From IMG/VR virus record IMGVR_UViG_3300006925_000013, positions 51,187 to 71,186 of that record: 20,000 nucleotides of DNA; one strand, written 5' to 3'. Below are positions 1 to 7,707 of this stretch, one piece after another. Numbering within the stretch: position 1 is the stretch's first letter; each line of letters begins with the position of its first letter. Under the pieces are notes generated by a model. It saw only the letters and a list, made by a program, of their open reading frames with translations. It was not told where the DNA came from and searched no databases. The translations under genes and the position numbers were made by a program. The stretch is from an uncultured virus (IMG/VR IMGVR_UViG_3300006925_000013) (taxonomy: Duplodnaviria; Heunggongvirae; Uroviricota; Caudoviricetes).

Positions 1-116
1 GATTACACATTGAAAGCGGTTGGAAAGATAAAGAAAAAGAGGGCAGTTGGTACGAAGGCGGTAACCCGCATAAAGACGATAGCCAAGAAACATATGATCC
101 TGAAGTAGATGATTGA
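1..116 (+). CDS. 3' end of a hypothetical protein (partial, ...LHIESGWKDKEKEGSWYEGGNPHKDDSQETYDPEVDD)
   Basis: Open frame from position 3 to TGA at 114-116; overlaps the next start. Confidence 0.55.
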   Translation, partial: LHIESGWKDKEKEGSWYEGGNPHKDDSQETYDPEVDD

Positions 117-204
117 GATACTGATATGGAGTTTAATAGTAATTACATGGGCATCAGTAGGATTACATGTAATAAAAGAGTTTGTGAGAAATCACATAGA
201 ATAG
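109..204 (+). CDS. 31-aa single-TM membrane peptide (MIEILIWSLIVITWASVGLHVIKEFVRNHIE), not in ORF track
   Basis: Manual translation; ATG overlaps the upstream gene end, TAG overlaps the AGGAG RBS of the next gene; hydrophobic N-terminal helix. Confidence 0.6.
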   Translation: MIEILIWSLIVITWASVGLHVIKEFVRNHIE

Positions 205-213
205 GAGAATGAA

Positions 214-624
214 ATGATAGAACCTAGTGTAAAGAGACCTAGTTTATTTAGAAGAACTGTAATGGGACTTGTAAAAGGCTGGAGACGTGTAATGGATGTG
301 AGATACAATCCATTAAGAGTAATTAAAGACCCAAGTTTACAAACATACTTTATGTTGGTATTGTTTACTGTATGGAGTGTGTTCTTTGGCTTCTTAGCCG
401 CAAACTACTTAGGATTCTTTGATTATAATACTGTTACTAGTATTATTATACATATTTCTATTTTACTACCATTAGCATTTACTAATGCAATCTTTGTTGA
501 TGCAGAACGTGATGGACACAAATGGTTAAAGGAATGGAAGGAAGAGCAAAATAGATATACCATAATAACTAATAGGTTGAAAAAGAAAAACCTAGTTATG
601 TGGGATCCAGGCAAGGAGGCGTAA
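214..624 (+). CDS. hypothetical membrane protein, two predicted TM helices
   Basis: AGGAG RBS upstream; hydrophobic stretches TYFMLVLFTVWSVFFGFLAA and SIIIHISILLPLAFTNAIFV. Confidence 0.8.
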   Translation: MIEPSVKRPSLFRRTVMGLVKGWRRVMDVRYNPLRVIKDPSLQTYFMLVLFTVWSVFFGFLAANYLGFFDYNTVTSIIIHISILLPLAFTNAIFVDAERDGHKWLKEWKEEQNRYTIITNRLKKKNLVMWDPGKEA

Positions 625-806
625 TGGCAATATCAGATGAGATGAGAGAACAACTAGAACAGATTGTTCAGTATGGTGATCAAATAAAAGCAATGTTCAA
701 AGAACAAGATGACGTTGACTATGAGATTGGTGACTACGATGAACCTATCACACAACTGTTAGGTCATATGAATGAAGTAATGGAAACAATTGACGGAGGT
801 TGGTAG
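624..806 (+). CDS. small acidic hypothetical protein (60 aa; start revised to ATG 624)
   Basis: AGGAGG RBS just upstream, TAATG stop/start overlap. Confidence 0.75.
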   Translation: MAISDEMREQLEQIVQYGDQIKAMFKEQDDVDYEIGDYDEPITQLLGHMNEVMETIDGGW

Positions 807-1231
807 TGAGAAGTATTTGGGTAACATTCAGTAAAGAGGGTATTCACAAGTACCCTGCCGCCTTGGAAGATCCTAATTTAGCAACAGGCGATTGGGACGA
901 TGTATCCTTTTTAGGATATCCACACAGACACATCTTTCACTTTAAGGTATGGCTTGAAGTGTTTCATGATGACAGAGACGTAGAATTTATACAGTTCAAG
1001 AGATGGATGGAAAGACTGTATGCACATGACACATTGCAATTAGATTACAAGAGTTGTGAAATGATTGCAGACGATTTAGCGAGTGAGATACAAGCAATGT
1101 ATCCTGATCGCTACATAAAGATTTCGGTAGCCGAGGATAACGAGAACGGTTGCGAAATGGAATACTTTGTTGAGGATCATGAGGAAGGCCCAGATCAAGA
1201 CTTAGTTGATGTATTTGAGAGTTTAAAGTGA
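806..1231 (+). CDS. queD: QueD/6-pyruvoyl-tetrahydropterin synthase-like T-fold protein (start revised to GTG 806)
   Basis: H...HRH putative Zn ligands (GYPHRHIFHFKV), RDVEF and SCEMIA segments typical of phage QueD-like proteins; GGAGG at 795-799; folE and queE nearby. Confidence 0.7.
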   Translation: MRSIWVTFSKEGIHKYPAALEDPNLATGDWDDVSFLGYPHRHIFHFKVWLEVFHDDRDVEFIQFKRWMERLYAHDTLQLDYKSCEMIADDLASEIQAMYPDRYIKISVAEDNENGCEMEYFVEDHEEGPDQDLVDVFESLK

Positions 1232-1803
1232 ACAATGTAATTGGTATTAATGGTTCTATACATCCGCTATACAGCGGTGCTTATATAGAAAAAAGTAATC
1301 TTGGTATTTTACATTTACCAAAGAATGCTTCTTCGTCAATAAAACGTGCATTAAAACCAATTACTGATAAAACCGAAATAATTTTAAAAGATCTTACTAT
1401 AGATAAATTTTGTGTAATATTAAGAGATCCAGTAGAACGATTTATAAGTGCTGTAAATATGTATTTGCACCCTAGAAAGATTACATCTAATTATGTAGAC
1501 ATTAGGAAAGAGGATAACAAATACGGTATATTTAAAAGCAACGATGCACACTTTTTTTCGCAAAATACTTTTATTGAGGGTTTGGACAAAAGTAAAATTG
1601 ATTTCTTTTGGTTAAACAATAATATAATTGATGATTTAAATAATTTTTATAATTTAAATATGGAACAAAATTATATAAATCGATTTAGTAAAATAGTAAA
1701 AAGTGTTGATATTGACATTATTAAAGATGTTTATGTAAAAGACTATGAGTTAATTGACTCTGTTAAGTTCGTTAATAAGGTAGACAATGGAAACATCAAT
1801 TGA
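1228..1803 (+). CDS. sulfotransferase family (Sulfotransfer_2-like) protein
   Basis: 5'-PSB-like HLPKNASSSI and 3'-PB-like LRDPVERFISA motifs; DAHF; C-terminal YVKDYEL. Confidence 0.75.
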   Translation: MNNVIGINGSIHPLYSGAYIEKSNLGILHLPKNASSSIKRALKPITDKTEIILKDLTIDKFCVILRDPVERFISAVNMYLHPRKITSNYVDIRKEDNKYGIFKSNDAHFFSQNTFIEGLDKSKIDFFWLNNNIIDDLNNFYNLNMEQNYINRFSKIVKSVDIDIIKDVYVKDYELIDSVKFVNKVDNGNIN

Positions 1804-2377
1804 TAACAAATATACAAATTGTATGCCAGGTGATTGTGTATACAACAAAAAAGAGGACATTGCATTCTTGTTAGTACCTAAATGTGCTACAAGTGTAATT
1901 AGAGATTTTGAAAAAACAAATAACGATTGGAAAAGAATTACATTATGGGAAGAAGAAAAATGCCCAAGTAGGTTTATTGTGATATTAAGAGATCCAGTAG
2001 AACGATTTATCAGTACTATTAATATGTACTTAGGTTGGAGAGAAGTAGAACCTCATACAAACTATGTTACTTTTAATTTTAGTGATGAAGGATTTTATTT
2101 AGAATCTAACGATGCACATTTTAAGCCACAAAAAAGTTTCTTAATTGATATGTTTGATATTATAAAAAAATATAATGCCAACCCTATCATAGATTATTTT
2201 TATTATAACAAAAATATTTATAATCAAATCAATGATGAATATGGTTTCAACATTGACGCAACAAAACGTTTGATGCAATCAATAGACATTGTTAATGACG
2301 TTAATAAATCAGTAGTCAGACAGGCTTATAGAGCCGATTACGATTTAATTAAATCTGTACAATTTAAAAACACATAG
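1787..2377 (+). CDS. sulfotransferase family protein, paralog of the upstream gene
   Basis: VPKCATSVI, LRDPVERFIST, NDAHFKPQ, YRADYDL motifs. Confidence 0.75.
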   Translation: METSIDNKYTNCMPGDCVYNKKEDIAFLLVPKCATSVIRDFEKTNNDWKRITLWEEEKCPSRFIVILRDPVERFISTINMYLGWREVEPHTNYVTFNFSDEGFYLESNDAHFKPQKSFLIDMFDIIKKYNANPIIDYFYYNKNIYNQINDEYGFNIDATKRLMQSIDIVNDVNKSVVRQAYRADYDLIKSVQFKNT

Positions 2378-2386
2378 GAGATAATT

Positions 2387-2569
2387 ATGACAGAGACACA
2401 TTTAAAAATTAAAGCACTTTTCGAAGAGTATGTAAGTGAAAACGAAAAATTTAAAGAAGGCCAAGGCGTAAAAGCATCGGCAACAAGAGCAAGGAAGGCA
2501 TTAATGGAAATTACTAAACTAGCGAAAGTTAGAAGAGGTGAGATTCAAGACGCAAAAAATAATGCCTAA
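2387..2569 (+). CDS. Hc1/histone H1-like small basic protein
   Basis: GVKASATRARKALMEITKLAKVRR resembles the Hc1-family core; AGGAG RBS. Confidence 0.65.
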   Translation: MTETHLKIKALFEEYVSENEKFKEGQGVKASATRARKALMEITKLAKVRRGEIQDAKNNA

Positions 2570-2726
2570 CATTAAACGTATTCCTTTCACTGAAAAGAAA
2601 GGAAACAAGGAGACAGTAGTCCAACCTACTAAATCTAAACCAGCAGGATCTCTTACAGATGTTGTTGATGAAGTTGAGGATTGGGGCGGACTTTTAGATC
2701 CAAAGGAGGAAAATAAAGATGAGTGA
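2562..2726 (+). CDS. small hypothetical protein (54 aa; start revised to ATG 2562)
   Basis: Fills the gap with short overlaps at both ends. Confidence 0.55.
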   Translation: MPNIKRIPFTEKKGNKETVVQPTKSKPAGSLTDVVDEVEDWGGLLDPKEENKDE

Positions 2727-3714
2727 TAAACCAACAGTAGTTATTACAGGCGGACTTGGTTTTATTGGTGCACAGGTAAGTAAAACTTTTGCAGGTGCTG
2801 GATATGACGTAATTGTTATAGATTCTAACACGAGCAGAAAGTGGACACTACCAGAAGGTGCTACTTTATTTCCACATGAATTTCAGGCTACAACTACAGC
2901 AGGTATACTCGAAATGTTTAAACCACAAGCGGTTATACATTTAGCGGCCAGTCATGTTGTTCCTGATAGTATTATTGACCCTGGCAAGTATTATAAAAAT
3001 AATGTGTCGGGTACTCAAGCACTATTAGATATGTGTGTTAAAGCAGGAGTTAAAAACTTTATCTTTAGCGGTTCTAGTAGTGTATATGGTGAAAGAGATA
3101 GCAGAGAACCATTTGCAGAAACTCTTACACCAACACCAATGAGTCCGTATGCAATGAGTAAGCACATGACAGAACTTATGTTAGAAGATTACAGCAAAGC
3201 ATATGGGTTAAATTATATTAGTACAAGATATTTTAATGCCGCTGGTGCAGACCCAGAAGGTAAAAATGGTTATACACAAGAACCAGCAACTCATGTAATG
3301 CCTATCATTATTGATAAAATTACAAATGACGAGGTATTTAATATTTGTGGCGATGATTACGATACTAAAGACGGTACTTGCATTAGAGATTACTGTCATA
3401 TACAAGACATAGCAAATGCTAAACTAAAAGCAGTAGAGCATTTAAGCAATGACGGTGAAAGTGGTATTGTAAACTTAGGCTCTGGTACAGGATTTAGTAT
3501 TCATGATTTAATAATTTCAGCACAAAACGTTGTTGGAAAAAGTTTAAAATATGAAGTAGGTCCTAGAAGAGCAGGAGATCCATCGTACTTATGTGGAGAT
3601 ATATCTAAAGCCAAAACTTTATTAGATTGGGAACCAACATATTCATTAGATGATATGTTTGCACATTCTAAGTTTTGGGTAGACAATAAAAACAAGGTAA
3701 TTAAAAATAAATGA
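2719..3714 (+). CDS. galE: UDP-glucose 4-epimerase (extended SDR)
   Basis: GGLGFIG Rossmann motif, HLAA, SSSVYG, YAMSK (YxxxK), RYFNAAGA, DGTCIRDYCH, RRAGD. Confidence 0.92.
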   Translation: MSDKPTVVITGGLGFIGAQVSKTFAGAGYDVIVIDSNTSRKWTLPEGATLFPHEFQATTTAGILEMFKPQAVIHLAASHVVPDSIIDPGKYYKNNVSGTQALLDMCVKAGVKNFIFSGSSSVYGERDSREPFAETLTPTPMSPYAMSKHMTELMLEDYSKAYGLNYISTRYFNAAGADPEGKNGYTQEPATHVMPIIIDKITNDEVFNICGDDYDTKDGTCIRDYCHIQDIANAKLKAVEHLSNDGESGIVNLGSGTGFSIHDLIISAQNVVGKSLKYEVGPRRAGDPSYLCGDISKAKTLLDWEPTYSLDDMFAHSKFWVDNKNKVIKNK

Positions 3715-4283
3715 TAGGAAGACGTAAATCAGTAAACGTTATTAATAGAACAGGTACACCTGTTATGTCAGTTGTCGGTGCAATAGGCAAAGGAGATGAT
3801 TTAAGTTTAATCAAAAAGAAATTTCCTGTAACTGATAAAGAAATAATAGATGTTATACATTTCTTTTGTAATAATGTAGATTTTGATCAAAGTCATTTGT
3901 CTGTGTTTAAAGCAGTTGAATTTGATGATAATAAAATATCAGTACAACTTGACGAAATATCTGCAGAATTCTACTTAAGAATGTTAAACAGATATATCTT
4001 TAAATATAAAAAAATAACTGATTTTGATGATATGCTATCAGAAGGTCTTAAAATGACATTTGGTGTTGTTTTAAACCTTAGTAGCAAGATTCTTGACGAC
4101 ACATATAATATATCAGGAGATAGCGAAGTGTTAAATCCTGTTTTAGATGCTGGATTTTATAAAGAACTTAAATTGTTTTTAGAATTTACTGGCAGAGATA
4201 TTGTAGAGGAGGCATCTAAAATAAACTTAGATGATTTTGATAAAGTGGACTTTGTTTTATTAGAAAACGACTTTGAAAGATAG
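3711..4283 (+). CDS. hypothetical protein, N-terminus resembles a DUF433 HTH
   Basis: ATGA overlap with galE; INRTGTPVMSVVGAIGKG...IKKKFP...EIIDVIHF pattern. Confidence 0.65.
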   Translation: MIGRRKSVNVINRTGTPVMSVVGAIGKGDDLSLIKKKFPVTDKEIIDVIHFFCNNVDFDQSHLSVFKAVEFDDNKISVQLDEISAEFYLRMLNRYIFKYKKITDFDDMLSEGLKMTFGVVLNLSSKILDDTYNISGDSEVLNPVLDAGFYKELKLFLEFTGRDIVEEASKINLDDFDKVDFVLLENDFER

Positions 4284-4313
4284 GTTGACATTGGCCACAA
4301 AAAATGGTATAAT
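4282..4313 (+). promoter_or_regulatory. sigma70 promoter TTGACA-17-TATAAT with extended -10 (TGn); predicts a leaderless mRNA
   Basis: TTGACA 4285-4290, TG 4305-4306, TATAAT 4308-4313; ATG at 4320 with no SD. Confidence 0.85.
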
Positions 4314-4319
4314 AAGAAC

Positions 4320-4808
4320 ATGGATAAACTATATTATAGTTGGGACGACTTAAACAGAGATTGTAGAATTATTGTGCGAGAAATGGCACATGAAAGTTAC
4401 AAGCCTGAAGTTATAATTGGTCCTGGAAGAGGTGCGTATGCCTTTGGTGTAATGATGAGTCATTACTATGAAGTGCCATTTGAAGCATTTAGATGGCAAA
4501 CTAGAGACGCACATATCGAAGATTCGGAGACTCTAAGACATATTTTATCTAAATACAATGATAAAACAGTTTTAGTTGTTGACGATATTAATGATACTGG
4601 AACAACATTACAAGGTATTGATAAGGTAATCACAGACTATGTAGATAGCACAACTAATAAGATGGCTTATGCACATCAGGATATTAGATATGCTACATTG
4701 TTTGATAAAGAGTCTAGCAGTTTTGACAAAGTTGAATTTACTGCTAACAATGTATTACCCGATCAAGAACGTTGGATAGTGTTTCCGTATGAGGAGTGGT
4801 GGAGATGA
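4320..4808 (+). CDS. type I phosphoribosyltransferase (xanthine/guanine PRT-like)
   Basis: PRPP-binding motif VLVVDDINDTGTT; GPGRG loop; C-terminal WIVFPYE. Confidence 0.88.
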   Translation: MDKLYYSWDDLNRDCRIIVREMAHESYKPEVIIGPGRGAYAFGVMMSHYYEVPFEAFRWQTRDAHIEDSETLRHILSKYNDKTVLVVDDINDTGTTLQGIDKVITDYVDSTTNKMAYAHQDIRYATLFDKESSSFDKVEFTANNVLPDQERWIVFPYEEWWR

Positions 4809-4999
4809 GAACAGCAGAAATAGTAAATGTAGATGGTACTGGTTACATAGTACATCTATTAAAAGACGGTGATGCTTTTGGTAAAATTGACGTTAGAGAT
4901 AAGTCGATACACTATGCACAGGATGTTGCAGAGAATTGGGAAAATGGTATCTTAAGGGAAGACAATGAGTACATCAAGAAGTTTGAAAAATCATCTTAG
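4805..4999 (+). CDS. hypothetical protein (64 aa; start revised to ATG 4805)
   Basis: ATGA overlap with the PRTase stop; GAGGAG upstream. Confidence 0.7.
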   Translation: MRTAEIVNVDGTGYIVHLLKDGDAFGKIDVRDKSIHYAQDVAENWENGILREDNEYIKKFEKSS

Positions 5000-5177
5000 T
5001 GTCTTAGAAGCAAGGCACAGAGAGTTAGATAAAGCAATTAACGAGGAGTATGATCATTATGATAATGATGAAATTGTTAAAAAGCACAAATTTCAGAAAC
5101 TTAAACTCAAGCAAGACATCGAACAACTTAAACATGAAATTTCTATAAAGGAGAAAGAAGAACATGGAAACAAGTAA
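4965..5177 (+). CDS. DUF465/YdcH-like coiled-coil protein
   Basis: LEARHRELDKAI...KFQKLKLKQDI pattern. Confidence 0.7.
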   Translation: MSTSRSLKNHLSVLEARHRELDKAINEEYDHYDNDEIVKKHKFQKLKLKQDIEQLKHEISIKEKEEHGNK

Positions 5178-5853
5178 AAAAATTAAACAAAGATTAGTTG
5201 AGGCAGGCAAAAGACATTGGGCCGGCGACAATATCTCTGACTTTATTGAAGACGGAGAGAAGCAACAACTGATTGACGAACTTGCGGTTAAGTTCGAGGA
5301 TGTATTACAAGGCTTGGTTATTGATACTGAAAATGATCCTAACAGTAATGATACTGGTAGGCGTCTTGCTAAAATGTATATTAATGAACTAATGGCTGGT
5401 AGATACGAAAACATGCCTAATGCAACTGCTTTCCCTAACGACAGCGAAGATAGATATGAAGGTATGCTGGTTGTAAGAAGTGAACTCACAAGTATGTGTT
5501 CACATCACCATCAGATTGTTAGAGGTGTGGCATACATTGGTATCATTGCCGCAGACAAACTAATTGGTTTGAGTAAGTACACTAGGATTGCACAATGGTG
5601 TGCGGCTAGAGGTACATTACAAGAAGAACTTGCTAACGACATTGTTAGAGAGATTCAAAAAGCAACAGGGGCCGAGCACTTAGGTGTGTATGTACAAGCC
5701 ACACATGGTTGCGTAGAGAACAGAGGTGTTAAGGCACATAGTAGTCTTACACAAACAACTGTATTAAAAGGCGCATTTAAAAATGACGCAGGTACAAAGA
5801 AAGAGTTTATGGATAACATTAAACTACAACAACAATATTCTTGCGATAAGTAA
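5164..5853 (+). CDS. folE: GTP cyclohydrolase I
   Basis: SMCSHH, IGLSKYTR, LQEEL, HGCVENRG motifs. Confidence 0.95.
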   Translation: METSKKIKQRLVEAGKRHWAGDNISDFIEDGEKQQLIDELAVKFEDVLQGLVIDTENDPNSNDTGRRLAKMYINELMAGRYENMPNATAFPNDSEDRYEGMLVVRSELTSMCSHHHQIVRGVAYIGIIAADKLIGLSKYTRIAQWCAARGTLQEELANDIVREIQKATGAEHLGVYVQATHGCVENRGVKAHSSLTQTTVLKGAFKNDAGTKKEFMDNIKLQQQYSCDK

Positions 5854-6740
5854 TGACATTAAAGTATAGCGAAACATTTTATTCAGCACAAGGGGAAGGC
5901 CAGTATGTAGGTATCCCTAGTCTGTGGATGAGATTCTTCCTATGCAATTTACAATGTAATGGCTTTGGACAAAAAGACCCAACAGACCCTAGCACATATG
6001 ATTTACCATATGAAAAATTAGATATCACAGACATCACTAATGTATTTGATTTACCTGTGTTTGAAAAAGGTTGTGATAGCAGTTACACTTGGAGTAAGAA
6101 ATATAAACATCTTATCACTGATAAAACTGTAGATGAAGCCGTAGACGAACTTACAGCACTTCTACCGCACGGTAAGTTTGTACACCCAGTTACACAACAA
6201 AACGCACACATGGTCTTTACAGGCGGCGAGCCAATGCTTAAAAACACACAGCCTGGCATGATGAACATTATAGAAGAGTTCAAACGCAGAGATAATATGC
6301 CAATGAACGTTACTGTGGAAACTAACGGCACCAAGCCTATCACAGATGAATTTGCTGATTGGGTACATCGTAATTATACAGGTTGGATAGGCAGAGAATG
6401 GTATTGGAGTTTATCGCCTAAGTTATGGAGTACTGCTGGTGAGAAGCCTAAGAAAGCAATACAGCCAGAAGTAATTGGTAGATATGCTGAAGTAAGTCCT
6501 AAAGGACAATTGAAGTTTGTTGTTAATGGCTCAGAAGCAAGTTGGCAAGAAGTGGAAGACAATGTAAAACTGTTTAGAGATGCTGGCTGTAATTTCCCTG
6601 TATGGATTATGGGAGTTGGCGGCACATTTGAAGGCTTAGTACAAACTGAAGCCACCATTGCCGATGAGGCTATACAACGTGGATACAATTATACAAGCAG
6701 AGTCCACGTTCATATATACGGAAATGCAATAGGAAAATAA
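5853..6740 (+). CDS. queE: 7-carboxy-7-deazaguanine synthase (radical SAM)
   Basis: ETFYSAQGEG, CNLQC...GCDS, FTGGEP, VETNGT, SLSPK, RVHV; translationally coupled to folE. Confidence 0.9.
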   Translation: MTLKYSETFYSAQGEGQYVGIPSLWMRFFLCNLQCNGFGQKDPTDPSTYDLPYEKLDITDITNVFDLPVFEKGCDSSYTWSKKYKHLITDKTVDEAVDELTALLPHGKFVHPVTQQNAHMVFTGGEPMLKNTQPGMMNIIEEFKRRDNMPMNVTVETNGTKPITDEFADWVHRNYTGWIGREWYWSLSPKLWSTAGEKPKKAIQPEVIGRYAEVSPKGQLKFVVNGSEASWQEVEDNVKLFRDAGCNFPVWIMGVGGTFEGLVQTEATIADEAIQRGYNYTSRVHVHIYGNAIGK

Positions 6741-6741
6741 A

Positions 6742-7155
6742 ATGGAAGAGTTTTTTCACAAACATATTATTAAATTTACAATTATAGTCACATTACCTTT
6801 ATGGGTAGCATGGGCATTTGCAGATGACAAAGTTATAGGGTATACTGAACACGGTATTCCTGTTACTAAAGATGCTTTAGAAATTAACACATTTAATTAC
6901 ACAAGAGTTAGAGGTTGGGAATGGAATGATGAGGAAAATATACTAACTCTAAGATTTACAAATAAGAAAAAAATAGATGTAGAGTTTTATAATAGATGCT
7001 GGGACATACAGTATGCTTCAGCCTTGCAATTCAACTCATGGGCAGGAACTACTTTTATTGGTAAGGGAGACAACATCACGCCTATAGGTTGGACAAATAA
7101 AGGAAAATATCCTTGTACAATAAAAAGTATGTATTTGGCGGTTGAGGAAGAATAA
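6742..7155 (+). CDS. exported/membrane-anchored hypothetical protein (DUF6491-like)
   Basis: Signal-peptide-like N-terminus ending AWAFA; two Cys (RCWDI, PCTIKSMY) spaced as I recall for DUF6491. Confidence 0.6.
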   Translation: MEEFFHKHIIKFTIIVTLPLWVAWAFADDKVIGYTEHGIPVTKDALEINTFNYTRVRGWEWNDEENILTLRFTNKKKIDVEFYNRCWDIQYASALQFNSWAGTTFIGKGDNITPIGWTNKGKYPCTIKSMYLAVEEE

Positions 7156-7160
7156 AATTT

Positions 7161-7313
7161 ATGTATAAGTGTTTTATCTGTAGCAAGGCCGTAAATTATT
7201 TAGATATAAAATATCATACAGCAGATAAAACTAAAATATTTTGTGGTGCTAGTTGTAGCCTAACATACTATCAACAATTAAAGGAGAAAGAAGATGGCAA
7301 AGATGAAGTTTAA
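7161..7313 (+). CDS. 50-aa TRASH/YHS-like zinc-finger protein, not in ORF track
   Basis: Manual translation MYKCFICSKAVNYLDIKYHTADKTKIFCGASCSLTYYQQLKEKEDGKDEV; CxxC...FCxxxC. Confidence 0.7.
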   Translation: MYKCFICSKAVNYLDIKYHTADKTKIFCGASCSLTYYQQLKEKEDGKDEV

Positions 7314-7707
7314 AGATATGATGGACCCTAAATTATGGTTCAAAAGCGAAAAGGATAGACGTATTGCTATTGCTAATAGAGATTTAACTGGCGGCGAGTT
7401 AGAAAAAGAACTTGCTACTATTGAAGATAAGCCTTATGTAAACGTATTGCAAATGGATGTTGATCCAATAAATCCTAAAAAAGGCTTTGTTGAACTTGAC
7501 TTTAACGAGCAATTTGTTACAATGTTACAGACAAACGGTTACAGTGGCAAAAGCGATGACGACATTGTAAATGCATGGTTTAACGATTTGTGCAGAACTA
7601 TACTGCAACAAGAAATGGCTGACATGGACTTTGGTATGCAGGATATGGCACCTAACAGTAATGATGTCATAACAGTAACAGACGAAGACAAAGAAGCGAA
7701 GGAATAA
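7294..7707 (+). CDS. hypothetical phage protein, coupled to RNase H
   Basis: AAGGAG RBS; TAATG overlap with rnh. Confidence 0.8.
   Translation: MAKMKFKDMMDPKLWFKSEKDRRIAIANRDLTGGELEKELATIEDKPYVNVLQMDVDPINPKKGFVELDFNEQFVTMLQTNGYSGKSDDDIVNAWFNDLCRTILQQEMADMDFGMQDMAPNSNDVITVTDEDKEAKE

Noticed and set aside
5164..5853. folE as a folate auxiliary gene
   Set aside because: Translationally coupled to queE with a queD-like gene nearby; no other folate genes in the window
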